64,000 bases of DNA from an uncultured Candidatus Saccharibacteria bacterium (GTDB lineage Bacteria; Patescibacteriota; Saccharimonadia; Saccharimonadales; AWTP1-31), in contig CAZIBG010000002.1 of the NCBI GenBank assembly GCA_964536985.1, positions 18,738-82,737 of the forward strand. The letters run 5' to 3'. Below are positions 8,386 through 19,851 of the stretch, piece by piece (positions within the stretch are counted from its first letter, which is position 1; every line of letters begins with the position of its first letter). The notes under the pieces are model-generated. The model was not told the DNA's origin, ran no database searches, and saw only the letters and a list, made by a program, of their open reading frames with translations. The translations under genes were made by a program, and so were the position numbers.

Positions 8386-9273
8386 CTACGCTATATGTGC
8401 GGTTTTATCTGTAGTTTGATGAGAAACACAGTGAGTTTTTTGATCACAGTTATCACATACGAGTACCAGTTTGTTGCAAGAAACTTCGGCGCAGTTGATG
8501 TATCGACTAGTCTTGCCTTGGCAATGAATACAATCACCAATATCTTTTGATTTATCGCTAAAGCGATGTGTCATGCGGTCGTCAAAAATGTGAAGTGCGC
8601 CTTCCCAGAGACCATCATCACCATACTTTTCGCCGTATTTTACGATTCCACCATCTATTTGGTATACCTCTTTAAAGCCACGGTTCTTCATCAGGACACT
8701 AAGGGCTTCACATCGAATACCGCCCGTACAATACGTAACGATTGGCTTGTCCTTGATATCGGCATACTTATCGCCCTCTAATTCTGTTAGGAAATCTCTG
8801 GTAGTTTGGGTGTCAGGCACAACTGCATCTTTAAATTTACCAACTGCGGCTTCATAAGCGTTTCGACCATCGAAGAAGATAACATCGTCGCGTTCATTTA
8901 CTAAGGCATTAACCTGCTCTGGCTTGAGGTGTTTACCGCCACCAACTACGCCTTTATCGTTGACTACTATCTCGTCAGGTGCGCCAAAGCTAACCAGCTC
9001 ATCTCGGACTTTGACGCTGAGCCGCGGGAACTCTCGCCCGTCGCTATCGCTCCACTTATACATGATGCCTTTGAAAATAATTGAGCGATTCATTTCTCGC
9101 TTATATTCGCGGAGGTTTTCTATATCACCACCAAGAGTTCCATTAATACCATGCTTGCTGATAATGATGCGACCTTTTAGCTGAAGCCTGCTGCAAAGCT
9201 CCTTTTGCCAACGCATAGTAATAGCCGCGTCAGCGACAGGCACAAATTTATAGTAAAGGATAACTTTATTCAT
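8386..9273 (-). CDS. trhO: tRNA uridine(34) hydroxylase (YceA/TrhO, rhodanese-related)
   Basis: 'LYYKF', 'GRI.IS.HGINGT', 'YCTGGIRCE', 'VYQIDGGI' and a C-terminal Cys cluster. Confidence 0.9.
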   Translation of the reverse strand: MNKVILYYKFVPVADAAITMRWQKELCSRLQLKGRIIISKHGINGTLGGDIENLREYKREMNRSIIFKGIMYKWSDSDGREFPRLSVKVRDELVSFGAPDEIVVNDKGVVGGGKHLKPEQVNALVNERDDVIFFDGRNAYEAAVGKFKDAVVPDTQTTRDFLTELEGDKYADIKDKPIVTYCTGGIRCEALSVLMKNRGFKEVYQIDGGIVKYGEKYGDDGLWEGALHIFDDRMTHRFSDKSKDIGDCIHCQGKTSRYINCAEVSCNKLVLVCDNCDQKTHCVSHQTTDKTAHIA

Positions 9274-9303
9274 CGACGTTCATTATAGCCTGTCTGAGCT
9301 AAC

Positions 9304-9332
9304 TTGTCATCTGTTATAACAGGGGTTATACT
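9304..9332 (+). promoter_or_regulatory. Promoter of ABC exporter 1 with a palindrome in the spacer
   Basis: TTGTCA-17-TATACT; perfect palindrome CTGTTATAACAG at 9311-9322. Confidence 0.55.
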
Positions 9333-9387
9333 GAATTCAAACAAGTAACGCTAATCTGATTAGCCACGATATTAGCTTAGGATAGCC

Positions 9388-11175
9388 GTGAACCAACCCA
9401 AAAAAGTATCATCAGAAGCAATGGACGAAACGCTTCGTCGATACAACCGCGAGATATTGCTGAACAAACGATTCATGTTCCCAGCTTTTATATTGCCTGG
9501 CGTTGGTGTGGCGCTATCACAGTTTGTCCCAGTACTTTTGGTATCGCATTTGCTACAAATCTACCAGACAACCGGCACAATTGCCCCTCAAAAACTCATT
9601 ATTCAAATTGTACTAATTTATGTCGTTTGGTTCGCCGGTGAGATGGTTTATCGCCTGTCCGAGTACTGCAACGAACAAGGTGCCTACCGTGCCATGAAGC
9701 ACTTGTATAGCCAAGCGATGGAGGAGCTACTCCATAGAGACATGGCATTCTTTAACGACAACTTTGCGGGATCTATCACAAAACGTGCCCTTGATTACGG
9801 CGCAAGTTTTGAGGATTATGCAGATAAAATCGGCAAGAACTTTGCCACGTTTGTCATAACCTTCATTTTCAGTGTCATTGTATTATTCAGATTCTCGCCG
9901 TGGATACCATTAGTTTTATTTGTATTGTTTGCCATTACGCTTCGAGGAAGTTTCTTCTTTTTGCGTAGACGTTTACCGATAGTGTTGCAGCGAAATGCCG
10001 CATACAACGAATCAGCAGGCGTATTAGCGGATGTTGTTGCTAACGTAAACACCGTCAAGACATTCGGAAGCGAAGAACAAGAGCTGTCCCGCTATCGAGA
10101 TACAGTTAAGAAACAGATGGATCTACGTTTGAAGTCGTGGAGATACTGGAACGAACGCCACGATATGTTTGTATCTCCTATGTATGTATTAATCAATGTT
10201 CTTGGCTTATGCCTGGCCATTTATGTTGGTCAGAAATCTACCGTAAATTCTGCAGCTATTTTTGTGACATTTAACTATATAGCCCTTATAACTCGTACTC
10301 TTTGGGAACTTGGTCCAATTTACGTCGGTGTGGAGCGCTCTATAAGTAACGCCGCAGAACACGTCGAGCCACTACTGCATGAATCACGAGTCAACGACTA
10401 TCCGCACGCTGTCGATTTAAAAGTCAAAAACTCGGAGATAGAGTTCAGAAATGTCAGCTTTTATTATGAATCCAAAGCCGATCAAGCCTTATTTAAGAAT
10501 CTCAACCTTACCGTTAAGCCCGGCCAGAAGATTGGTCTAGTTGGACATAGTGGTGGGGGCAAGACAACTATCACTAAACTGCTTCTCCGCTTCATGGATA
10601 TTCAAGGCGGCCAGATACTTATAGACGGTCAAAATGTTGCAAGCGTGACTCAACAGAGTCTGCGTAGAAGCATAGCTTATGTACCACAAGAACCCCTGTT
10701 ATTTCACCGATCCTTGGCCGACAACATCAGTTACGGTAAAAGTGGTGCCTCAAAAAAGGACGTACAAATGGCTGCTAAAAAGTCACACGCCGCAGAATTT
10801 ATCGATCAATTACCCGATGGCTTCGAAACGCTTGTAGGTGAACGAGGAGTCAAGCTGTCTGGCGGCCAGCGGCAACGAATTGCTATTGCTCGGGCAATAC
10901 TAAAAGATGCCCCCATACTAGTACTCGATGAAGCAACCAGCGCCCTGGACAGCGAGAGCGAAATCCTAATCCAGAAAGCACTGTGGCAGCTCATGGAAGG
11001 CCGTACGGCAATTGTCATTGCTCACCGCTTAAGTACCATTCAGAAAATGGACAGAATTATCGTACTCGATCAAGGTCAGATTATCGAGGATGGATCACAT
11101 CAAGAACTCCTTAAAAACAAGGGTAAGTACGCCGAGCTTTGGGCACATCAATCGGGTGGTTTCATAGAAGAATAA
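9388..11175 (+). CDS. ABC exporter (fused TMD+NBD, MsbA/MdlB-like)
   Basis: Six-TM N-domain, GHSGGGKT, LSGGQ, ILVLDEATSALD. Confidence 0.93.
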   Translation: MNQPKKVSSEAMDETLRRYNREILLNKRFMFPAFILPGVGVALSQFVPVLLVSHLLQIYQTTGTIAPQKLIIQIVLIYVVWFAGEMVYRLSEYCNEQGAYRAMKHLYSQAMEELLHRDMAFFNDNFAGSITKRALDYGASFEDYADKIGKNFATFVITFIFSVIVLFRFSPWIPLVLFVLFAITLRGSFFFLRRRLPIVLQRNAAYNESAGVLADVVANVNTVKTFGSEEQELSRYRDTVKKQMDLRLKSWRYWNERHDMFVSPMYVLINVLGLCLAIYVGQKSTVNSAAIFVTFNYIALITRTLWELGPIYVGVERSISNAAEHVEPLLHESRVNDYPHAVDLKVKNSEIEFRNVSFYYESKADQALFKNLNLTVKPGQKIGLVGHSGGGKTTITKLLLRFMDIQGGQILIDGQNVASVTQQSLRRSIAYVPQEPLLFHRSLADNISYGKSGASKKDVQMAAKKSHAAEFIDQLPDGFETLVGERGVKLSGGQRQRIAIARAILKDAPILVLDEATSALDSESEILIQKALWQLMEGRTAIVIAHRLSTIQKMDRIIVLDQGQIIEDGSHQELLKNKGKYAELWAHQSGGFIEE

Positions 11176-11397
11176 TGATTTATTAAATCACCCCTTGTCA
11201 TCAGAGGTACGCTTATGGTAGAGTGTAAAAATCATTATTAACGAAAAGGGCGGCCCAACCATGCACAGCATGAAACAACTATATTCTCCATCAGCGGTCG
11301 CTCACATCGTGACTCGCTAGTCGAAAACGATAGTAAAAAACTTCAAAACAAAACAATAATACCAAGTTAGAACCACTGCAGCAGGAGGCTGTCAGCT

Positions 11398-13185
11398 ATG
11401 AAAAAAGTTATCGACAATACCAACAGGGAGACATTCCGTCTTTACTGGAAATTCGCATGGAATCATAAATCGTACGTAATTGGCTCTATTATCATGAGTT
11501 CTTTATTCGTACTTTTGTACCGCTATCTGCCGCCCCTAATTGTATCTAAGATTTTGGATAGAATTAATACAGGCGACTTTGTTAAAGGCGACCTTGTGGG
11601 CTCGTTCGGAGCACTCCTATTAAGCTACGCCCTTGTAGTATTCGGCGGCGGCGTACTCGCAGGCCGCGTCTTAAACTATATTGTTTGGAAGCTCGAAATG
11701 AATGTCATGGCCGATATCCACCGACACATCTTTAATCACCTCCTAGAACAGAGCAACAATTTCCATGCTAACCGATTTGGTGGCTCGTTAGTTAGTCAGA
11801 CTAACAAATTTGCAGGTGGATATATAAGGATGTACGACACACTAATCTTTCAAACAATTTCGTTGGTGCTGTCGTTTGTATTTAGTGTAGTTATTCTATA
11901 CCCAAGAGCTCCTGGTGTAGCCCTATTCTTAGTTGTGTTTTCTATCCTGTTTATTGTTATCGCAATTAGCATCACAAAAAAAGTTCGTGAGATGTCTACT
12001 ATTTGGGCGCAAAAACAAACCCGTCAAACGGGCTATCTAGCCGATGCCGTATCCAATGTAATTGCCGTGAAGAGTTTTGCGAGACTAAAGTTTGAGAATA
12101 ATAGATTCATCAAAGCCACTAATGAGACCAGGAAGGCCATGGATGATACGAGAAAAGTAAGCATTAGCCGCGAGCTGGTTTTCTCATCTTCTAATGGGAT
12201 CCTTTTGACTTGCAGTCTTGCTATAGCCGTTGCTGGCGTAGTGTTATACGACTACAACGTTGCTACCGTCTTCTTAGTATTTAGCTATATCGGAATTATT
12301 GCCGAAAACTTGTGGGTTTTCAGTAACCACTCGTTGAAGAATATCAATAATGCACTTGGTGACGCATACGATATGACAAAAATATTAGCTATCACACCGA
12401 GCATACAAGATCCACTCCTGCCGCTTAAGCTTTCTGAAGATAAAGGAAATGTTGATTTCAAGAACATCACATTCACCCATGCCGATAACGACCGAGCCCT
12501 GTTTAATAACTTAAGCCTCAGCATAAAACCGGGTGAAAAGATTGGCCTAGTTGGGCATTCGGGCAGCGGCAAGACAACCATTACTAGCCTGATCCTTCGA
12601 TTCGCAGACTTGGACGCCGGGACAATCGAAGTTGACGGCCAAGATATTTCACAAATTAAACAATCCGACCTACGATCAAAAATAACCTACGTTCCACAAG
12701 AACCCTTAATGTTCCACCGCACCATTGCCGAAAACATAGCATACGGCAATCCAAAAGCCACACAAGAACAAATCACCGCAATCGCCAAGCTGGCTAATGC
12801 TCATGAGTTCATTCATACCCTTCCGCTCGGCTACGATACGTTGGTCGGAGAGAGAGGCGTTAAGCTTTCGGGTGGTCAGCGCCAACGTATCGCCATTGCT
12901 CGAGCAATGATTAAGAACGCACCGATCTTAGTTCTTGACGAGGCGACTAGTGCCCTAGATTCAGAAAGTGAAAAGCTAATCCAGCAAGCACTATGGAAAC
13001 TCATGGAAGGCCGCACGGCAATTGTTATTGCCCATCGTCTAAGTACTATCCAGAAGATGGACAGGATCATAGTACTCGATCGCGGCAAGATACTAGAACA
13101 AGGTACTCACGATCAACTCCTAAAGAACAAAGGCAAGTATGCCGAACTTTGGGCTCACCAATCCGGCGGATTTATAGAGGATTAA
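11398..13185 (+). CDS. ABC exporter (TMD+NBD)
   Basis: GHSGSGKT, LSGGQ, DEATSALD; GGAGG RBS. Confidence 0.93.
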   Translation: MKKVIDNTNRETFRLYWKFAWNHKSYVIGSIIMSSLFVLLYRYLPPLIVSKILDRINTGDFVKGDLVGSFGALLLSYALVVFGGGVLAGRVLNYIVWKLEMNVMADIHRHIFNHLLEQSNNFHANRFGGSLVSQTNKFAGGYIRMYDTLIFQTISLVLSFVFSVVILYPRAPGVALFLVVFSILFIVIAISITKKVREMSTIWAQKQTRQTGYLADAVSNVIAVKSFARLKFENNRFIKATNETRKAMDDTRKVSISRELVFSSSNGILLTCSLAIAVAGVVLYDYNVATVFLVFSYIGIIAENLWVFSNHSLKNINNALGDAYDMTKILAITPSIQDPLLPLKLSEDKGNVDFKNITFTHADNDRALFNNLSLSIKPGEKIGLVGHSGSGKTTITSLILRFADLDAGTIEVDGQDISQIKQSDLRSKITYVPQEPLMFHRTIAENIAYGNPKATQEQITAIAKLANAHEFIHTLPLGYDTLVGERGVKLSGGQRQRIAIARAMIKNAPILVLDEATSALDSESEKLIQQALWKLMEGRTAIVIAHRLSTIQKMDRIIVLDRGKILEQGTHDQLLKNKGKYAELWAHQSGGFIED

Positions 13186-13186
13186 T

Positions 13187-14950
13187 ATGAAAAAATTTGA
13201 TAACATGAATGCCTCCAAAAAAGCATTACTGTTCATCATGAAGAAGCATAAACGATTCTTCATAACTGAGACATTGCTAGTTGTCACAGCTACATTGCCG
13301 CTGTCATTAATGACGCTTATTCCGGCACGCATTGCGGGAGCGGTCTTTAGTGGTAACTCAAAGCAATTACTAATAGAGTCTGTGATCTTCTGTTTGCTGG
13401 GATGGATCCACGCCATTTTCTGGAACAAAGCAGATTTGTACTACGTAAAGAATACTTACCCATTGTTCTATGACTTGGGTCAGGAAACATTCGAATATGT
13501 ACTAGATAAAGAATATCCAGCGTTTGTTGCCAGTAGTCCGTCTAAAATGGCACAGTACACCAACGAGCTAAGGGACAACGTCGATCGAATATGGTCGAGC
13601 ATTCACTGGGGATATATAGGCTTTGCATTCCAGGTACCGGCAATCATGATCATTTCGCTCAAGGTAAGTTGGGTTCAATCAGTCATATACCTACTTAGTG
13701 TAATGCTAATGGTAATTGTGTTAGTTCGAAGATCGGCACGACTTAACACTCTTACAGATAAGATGTTCACCCAGGACAGTAATCTAAACTCGGTAGTGAT
13801 TGATTCGCTGACCAACTTTGTTAACGTTAAATCGTTCAATGCCGAGCGTAAAGAGATTGATCAGTACGCCGGTCTAATTGTCACATCTAAAAAGAAGTAT
13901 GACGTGGCCAATACTGCCTACATGATGTTCTGGTTTGCTGCGTCCATAGTGATTCGATTTATCACCTGGCCGCTCATCCTAGCCAGCACATACTTACTGT
14001 TTTCCCGTAAGCAGATTAGCGCTGAACAAGTAGTTCTATCTATATCGGTTCTGATAAGTCTGACTGAATTTGTATGGGGACTTGTAGATCGAATTGCAAA
14101 TGCCAAGAAGAACTTCTCAAAAATGCAGAATGGATACCATTATCTTGCAAAGAACGAACAGATATTTGGTGATGGCAAGTCTAAAAACAAAGATAAAAAA
14201 TCTGCTCCAAGCTTTGAATCTACATTAACGTTGCAAGACTTAAGTTTTGCCTACCCTGACCGACCAGAGGAATTTGTCTTGCAAGACCTAAATCTAACCA
14301 TCAATAAGAATGAGAAAATTGGAATAGTCGGCAAGAGTGGAAGTGGAAAATCTACCCTCGTAAAATTGCTGCTTGGTTTTTACGACTATAGCGAAGGGAG
14401 CATACAGTTAGATGGCCAATCGGCAACAAAGCATGACCTTTCAATGCTCAATTCTTACGTGCCCCAAGACACATCACTGTTCCAGCAAACAATCAGCTAT
14501 AACATAGCCTATGCAAAACAATCAAAAGCAACTGAATCCGAGATTGTTACTGCAGCAAAAAAAGCACATGCCCATGAGTTCATAATGAACCTTAAGGATG
14601 GATATGACACGTTGGTCGGTGAACGTGGTGTGAAGTTGAGTCTTGGACAACGACAGCGAATTGCGATTGCACGAGCCTTTCTAAAGAATTCCGAACTTCT
14701 AATTTTAGATGAAGCAACCAGTGCTCTTGATAGCAAGACGGAAGCCAATATACAAAGTGCCCTAGAGGAACTTTGGCAAGATAAGACTGTTATTGCTATC
14801 GCTCACCGATTGTCGACCCTCAATAATGTTGACCGTATTGTGGTAGTAGATAACGGTAAAATCGTGGAAGTTGGAACAAAAGATCAGCTACTTGCTATGA
14901 ACGGTGTATTCACTTCACTATGGAATCAGCAAAAGAACGGCCTGCTATAA
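13187..14950 (+). CDS. ABC exporter (TMD+NBD) with variant signature LSLGQ
   Basis: GKSGSGKS, LSLGQ, DEATSALD. Confidence 0.92.
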   Translation: MKKFDNMNASKKALLFIMKKHKRFFITETLLVVTATLPLSLMTLIPARIAGAVFSGNSKQLLIESVIFCLLGWIHAIFWNKADLYYVKNTYPLFYDLGQETFEYVLDKEYPAFVASSPSKMAQYTNELRDNVDRIWSSIHWGYIGFAFQVPAIMIISLKVSWVQSVIYLLSVMLMVIVLVRRSARLNTLTDKMFTQDSNLNSVVIDSLTNFVNVKSFNAERKEIDQYAGLIVTSKKKYDVANTAYMMFWFAASIVIRFITWPLILASTYLLFSRKQISAEQVVLSISVLISLTEFVWGLVDRIANAKKNFSKMQNGYHYLAKNEQIFGDGKSKNKDKKSAPSFESTLTLQDLSFAYPDRPEEFVLQDLNLTINKNEKIGIVGKSGSGKSTLVKLLLGFYDYSEGSIQLDGQSATKHDLSMLNSYVPQDTSLFQQTISYNIAYAKQSKATESEIVTAAKKAHAHEFIMNLKDGYDTLVGERGVKLSLGQRQRIAIARAFLKNSELLILDEATSALDSKTEANIQSALEELWQDKTVIAIAHRLSTLNNVDRIVVVDNGKIVEVGTKDQLLAMNGVFTSLWNQQKNGLL

Positions 14951-14981
14951 GCAGGCCGTTCTGGGCGAAATACCTTAGGTA

Positions 14982-15644
14982 TTATTCTTTGGTTTCTTCG
15001 GCTGGTGCGTCGCCACCGTTTGTGGCAGGAACAGCACTGGCGTCGCCTTCGGCTGCTTCTTCGGCTTCAGCTTCTTCTGAAATCTGTGCCTTTGTTTCTT
15101 CGATAACTGCAATTGGATGATCAAGCTCAGTGAGCATTTCAATTCCCTTTGGAAGTACGATGTCGGCAACTGTTAGCTTATCGCCAATTTCAGTTAGTCC
15201 ACTCGCATCTACAGTCAATTCATCGATAAGATCACGCGGAAGTGCTTCGATGTCGACAACATCAAGCTGGCGAATGACCATGAGGCCAGCTTTTTCTGCT
15301 GGAATCTCACCAGTTAGATGGACTGGGACTTCTGTCTGTTGTTTTTCGTCGGCTGCGATTGCATTAAAGACGACGTGTAGAACTGTATGCTTGCGCGGCT
15401 CGAACTCAACATCTTTGATAAGTGCCATGTATTTCTTGGATCCGACAGTTAGGTTAACTGGATGGTGTTTTCCGGCAGACTGGTAAACCTTAACAATATC
15501 GCCAGATTTTGCCATTACATGAACGGAGTCTTTGCCGTGGTCATGGATAACGGCGGGGATCTGTCCACCTGCACGCATTTGATTAAGACCTTTTCCAAGG
15601 ACTTCTCGTTTTTCTAATGCTAAACTAATTTCTTCGCTGCTCAT
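14982..15644 (-). CDS. rplY: 50S ribosomal protein bL25 (Ctc form)
   Basis: 'GKG..QMR..GQIPAVI', 'EVPVHLTGE', 'LTEIGDKLTVADI', acidic tail. Confidence 0.92.
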   Translation of the reverse strand: MSSEEISLALEKREVLGKGLNQMRAGGQIPAVIHDHGKDSVHVMAKSGDIVKVYQSAGKHHPVNLTVGSKKYMALIKDVEFEPRKHTVLHVVFNAIAADEKQQTEVPVHLTGEIPAEKAGLMVIRQLDVVDIEALPRDLIDELTVDASGLTEIGDKLTVADIVLPKGIEMLTELDHPIAVIEETKAQISEEAEAEEAAEGDASAVPATNGGDAPAEETKE

Positions 15645-15757
15645 TCTGTATCCCTTCGTTGATCAATAGCATTCAATATTCGATACATCTAGTATATCAA
15701 AGAAGTTAAGCAGGGCCGTTGTCGAATCTACCAACAGAAGTAAGGTACAATGTAGTA

Positions 15758-16411
15758 ATGTTTAATATCGAAAGTATCATATCAGCGGGCGGAATATTTT
15801 TAATCGCGGCAATCATCTTTGCAGAATCAGGGCTTTTGGTTGGATTTTTCCTTCCTGGAGACACCCTACTGTTTGGAGCTGGTCTGGCAGCATCACAAGG
15901 TAAATTCTCTTTGATCTGGCTCATTGTGGCCGTAGTTATCGCCGCAATTGTAGGTGATAATGTTGGTTATAGTATCGGGCGACGAGCTGGACCACGGATC
16001 TTTAAGAAGAAAGATGGAATTTTATTCCGCCAAGAGTACCTGCAAAAGTCCGAAGAGTTTTATGAAAAGCATGGCGGGAAGACAATTATTCTAGCCCGGT
16101 TCACTCCTATTGTTAGAACTTTCGCACCGGTTGTCGCTGGTGCCGGGAAAATGTCCCGCGAAAAGTTCATGTTCTATAACGTCATCGGCGGAGTAGTTTG
16201 GGGTGCCGGGATGTCAATCCTTGGATATGTTATCGGCGCTCGAATACCACACCTAGATAAGTACATCGAGGTTGTCATTTTTGGCGTTATGGCGCTCAGC
16301 ATCCTGCTAGCTTTTGCACACCTCATGAAGGATCCTAAGACTCGAACCATGGTAATCGAAGGCTGTAAATCTTGGCTTCGCAAAATCTTCCTCAATAAAA
16401 AGGTCGACTAG
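15758..16411 (+). CDS. dedA: DedA/VTT-family membrane protein
   Basis: 'FAESGLLVGFFLPGDTLLF', 'ARFTPIVRTFAP'. Start placed at ATG 6 nt after TACAAT. Confidence 0.92.
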   Translation: MFNIESIISAGGIFLIAAIIFAESGLLVGFFLPGDTLLFGAGLAASQGKFSLIWLIVAVVIAAIVGDNVGYSIGRRAGPRIFKKKDGILFRQEYLQKSEEFYEKHGGKTIILARFTPIVRTFAPVVAGAGKMSREKFMFYNVIGGVVWGAGMSILGYVIGARIPHLDKYIEVVIFGVMALSILLAFAHLMKDPKTRTMVIEGCKSWLRKIFLNKKVD

Positions 16412-16896
16412 GCACTGACTGTATGGGCTGCAGCTAATAGTTGCTGTTTTAGTACAAATTCCACCAGCGGTTCACAGCGACGCATCTGTCCAATGATGTG
16501 CATATTCTCTAGAACTGACTCCTCGGGTACGAACTGACGCAAATCAACCTGGTCAGGCTCAATCTCCAATGCTTCAGGAAGTTCGGTAACTTGGGCAGCT
16601 TCCGTCAGGAAATTAAATATTGTACTGCCACGTACCACCGTTTCGGCATGGGCAAGATACTTGCCTACGGGTCGATACAATCTTGTTAGACGCTGGGCCT
16701 GTTTAGCGGCCGTTGTGCGTGGGTCAAGCATATCAGCCTCTAATGTCGGGAAATCGCGTCCAACAGGTAGATCAATCTGTCTAGAAAGATCATCATCTGC
16801 AAATTGGAAAGTCGCCTTGTGTAGTTCTGGAAATCGCAAGGCGTGCAAAGACAATAGAAATATATGCCCAGCTTCTTGCTCTTTAGTTCCGATCAT
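16408..16896 (-). CDS. Hypothetical protein
   Basis: 162-aa ORF directly downstream of uvrA on the same strand. Confidence 0.55.
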   Translation of the reverse strand: MIGTKEQEAGHIFLLSLHALRFPELHKATFQFADDDLSRQIDLPVGRDFPTLEADMLDPRTTAAKQAQRLTRLYRPVGKYLAHAETVVRGSTIFNFLTEAAQVTELPEALEIEPDQVDLRQFVPEESVLENMHIIGQMRRCEPLVEFVLKQQLLAAAHTVSA

Positions 16897-16903
16897 CGAA
16901 ATA

Positions 16904-19747
16904 CTATAACATTTTTTTGAGGAATTGACCAGTGTAGCTAGCAGAAACTTTGGCTACTTCTTTTGGTGTTCCCTCTGCAACAACCTGACCACCGCCAGAT
17001 CCGCCTTCTGGCCCCATATCAATGATGTGGTCAGCGGACTTAATGACATCTAGGTTATGCTCGATTACAACCATGCTGTTTCCGGTGTCTACTAGTGCGT
17101 GCAATACCGTCAGTAACTTGTCGACATCAGCAATATGAAGACCAGTGGTTGGCTCATCCAAAATATACAAAGTTCGTCCTGTGGGACGACGGGAAAGTTC
17201 GGTTGCTAGCTTGATACGCTGTGCTTCGCCACCACTGAGCGTGGTTGCTGGCTGACCAAGCCCAATATACCCAAGTCCTACGTCAACCATTGTCTGAAGC
17301 TTACGAGCGATTGATGGGATGTTATTAAAGAATTCCAGAGCCTGCTCGCAGGTCATTGCTAGTACATCGCTAATGGTCTTGCCCTTGTAGTGAATTTCTA
17401 GTGCTTCGCGGTTATATCGCTTTCCATGGCAAACTTCACATGGCACATAAACATCAGGTAAAAAGTGCATCTCAATTTTGATAATTCCGTCGCCAGCACA
17501 GTTTTCGCAGCGTCCGCCCTTAACATTAAAGCTGAATCGCCCAGCGCTATAACCGCGAAGCTTAGCTTCTGGAACCCCCGCAAACAATTCGCGAATCGGC
17601 GTAAACAAACCTGTGTAGGTGGCCGGGTTACTACGTGGCGTTCGGCCAATTGCCGACTGATCAATAATAATTACTTTGTCCAACTGATCGATACCGGTAA
17701 TCTCGTCATGTCGACCTGGTACGCTACTAGATCGCATCAAGCGAGCGGAAAGTTCTTTGGCTAGGATGTCGTTAATTAAGCTGGACTTGCCCGAACCAGA
17801 AACGCCACTAACGACAACAAGTTTACCGAGTGGGATCTGAACAGTTACATTCTGAAGGTTGTTTTCGCGGGCGTTCTTTATTACTAGCTCTTTGCCGTTT
17901 CCCTTTCGATAGGATTTTGGTGGAGTGATCTGCTTTTCGCCCCGCAGATACTGACCAGTGATACTTTCCTTAGTTTTAGCAACTTCGTCGGGTGTTCCTT
18001 TGGCGACAACGTGACCTCCATGGACACCTGCACCTGGCCCAATATCGAGCAGGTAATCTGCTGTGCGAATAGTCTCTTCGTCATGCTCGACAACGATAAC
18101 GCTGTTTCCGATGTCTCGAAGATGCTTAAGCGTCAAGATTAAACGGTCGTTGTCACGCTGGTGCAAACCAATCGAAGGCTCGTCAAGCACGTACAGCACG
18201 CCTTGAAGTCCAGAACCAATCTGTGTGGCTAAACGGATACGCTGCGCCTCACCACCACTAAGCGTGGCCGCAGAGCGTAGTAAGTTAAGGTAGTTAAGCC
18301 CGACGTCCTGCAAGAACTGTAGACGTGCAGTAATTTCCTTAAAGATCATGGCCGCGATGTGTGATTCTTTTTCGTTAAGCTTAATAGTCTTGAAGTAGGC
18401 GATAGCGTCGTCGATAGATAGTTCACAGATGTCCATGATGGATTTAGTGCCAACGGTTACAGCCAGAACTTCTGGTTTCAGTCGCTTTCCCTTACATGCG
18501 TGACAAGGTCGCTCTTGCATAAATCTTTCGATATCTCGGCGGATAAAATCGCTTTCCGTTTCCTTGTGACGTCGCTCTAAGTTGTTTACAACTCCTTCGT
18601 AGGTTGTTTCAAAATTTCGCCCCAGCCCTAGGCTGACTGAGTATTTTTCGTCGCCCGTTCCATACATCAATAGGTTAAGTTGTTTTTCGGTTAATTCACC
18701 GGTTGGTACATGCAGGCTAAATCCGTAGCGATCGGCAACGGCCTGGAGTTTTTTGGTATACCAGGCGTCGGTATTGATTCGGTTGAATGGACGAATAGCA
18801 CCTTCCGCAATAGTAAGTCGGCCGTTAGGTATAACAAGTTCTGGGTCGACTTCTAGCCGTGAACCTAAACCAGTACAAACCGGGCAAGCACCATGCGGAC
18901 TGTTAAAGCTAAAAGTTCGTGGCTCGAGCTCAGGAATAGTCACTTCTGGGTGGTCGATGCAAGCATACATCAGGCTGTAGCTTGATTCTTCGTTGGTGTC
19001 AGCATTGACAACGCGCAGCTGGCCAGCAGCAATTTCAAGCCCCTGCTCCACCGACTGCGCCAAACGGCCATGACTGTCTTCGTTGTTTACGAGTCGATCC
19101 ACAACCACTTCGATGGTGTGTTTAAACTTCTTATCGAGTTCGGGGAATTCATCCAGTGCATACACTACCCCGTCTACACGAGCGCGCGCAAAGCCAGCAC
19201 GTTGGTACTGTTCGGGAATATGTTCGAAGGCACCTTTTTTATCTATAACTACAGGCGCAAGGATTAGCAAACGAGCATCGTGCGAATGACTAGCCACCTT
19301 ATCAACAATCGCCTGTGTAGTTTGACGCTCTACCGGCTTACCGCAAACTGGACAGTGAGGTATACCAATGCGTGCGAAAAGCAGACGCAGATAGTCATAG
19401 ATTTCGGTTACTGTCGCTACGGTACTTCGTGGATTACGACTGGTAGACTTCTGGTCGATACTGATCGCTGGGCTTAGACCATCGATCTGATCGACGTCTG
19501 GTTTTTCCATTAGTCCTAGGAACTGACGAGCATAACTACTGAGCGATTCTACATAGCGTCGTTGACCTTCGGCGTAAATGGTATCGAACGCCAGGCTAGA
19601 TTTACCCGAACCACTAAGGCCGGTAATAACCACTAACTTACCCCGAGGGATCTGGACATCAATATTCTTGAGGTTATGCTCGCGTGCTCCACGGACATCA
19701 ATAACATCAGTATTTTGAAAAGAAGAATTAGATGGAACATCGCTCAT
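16904..19747 (-). CDS. uvrA: Excinuclease ABC subunit A
   Basis: 'GAREHNLKN', two ABC ATPase cassettes, Zn fingers, 'LSGGEAQR'. Confidence 0.98.
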   Translation of the reverse strand: MSDVPSNSSFQNTDVIDVRGAREHNLKNIDVQIPRGKLVVITGLSGSGKSSLAFDTIYAEGQRRYVESLSSYARQFLGLMEKPDVDQIDGLSPAISIDQKSTSRNPRSTVATVTEIYDYLRLLFARIGIPHCPVCGKPVERQTTQAIVDKVASHSHDARLLILAPVVIDKKGAFEHIPEQYQRAGFARARVDGVVYALDEFPELDKKFKHTIEVVVDRLVNNEDSHGRLAQSVEQGLEIAAGQLRVVNADTNEESSYSLMYACIDHPEVTIPELEPRTFSFNSPHGACPVCTGLGSRLEVDPELVIPNGRLTIAEGAIRPFNRINTDAWYTKKLQAVADRYGFSLHVPTGELTEKQLNLLMYGTGDEKYSVSLGLGRNFETTYEGVVNNLERRHKETESDFIRRDIERFMQERPCHACKGKRLKPEVLAVTVGTKSIMDICELSIDDAIAYFKTIKLNEKESHIAAMIFKEITARLQFLQDVGLNYLNLLRSAATLSGGEAQRIRLATQIGSGLQGVLYVLDEPSIGLHQRDNDRLILTLKHLRDIGNSVIVVEHDEETIRTADYLLDIGPGAGVHGGHVVAKGTPDEVAKTKESITGQYLRGEKQITPPKSYRKGNGKELVIKNARENNLQNVTVQIPLGKLVVVSGVSGSGKSSLINDILAKELSARLMRSSSVPGRHDEITGIDQLDKVIIIDQSAIGRTPRSNPATYTGLFTPIRELFAGVPEAKLRGYSAGRFSFNVKGGRCENCAGDGIIKIEMHFLPDVYVPCEVCHGKRYNREALEIHYKGKTISDVLAMTCEQALEFFNNIPSIARKLQTMVDVGLGYIGLGQPATTLSGGEAQRIKLATELSRRPTGRTLYILDEPTTGLHIADVDKLLTVLHALVDTGNSMVVIEHNLDVIKSADHIIDMGPEGGSGGGQVVAEGTPKEVAKVSASYTGQFLKKML

Positions 19748-19851
19748 ATACTACCTCTTTGGCCTGTCTTTACTGCTCATTTAGTCAATTAATTATACAT
19801 GTTATCAAAGATGTTGTCACTGATCAGAAACGTACCGTATACTGAGTTCAT

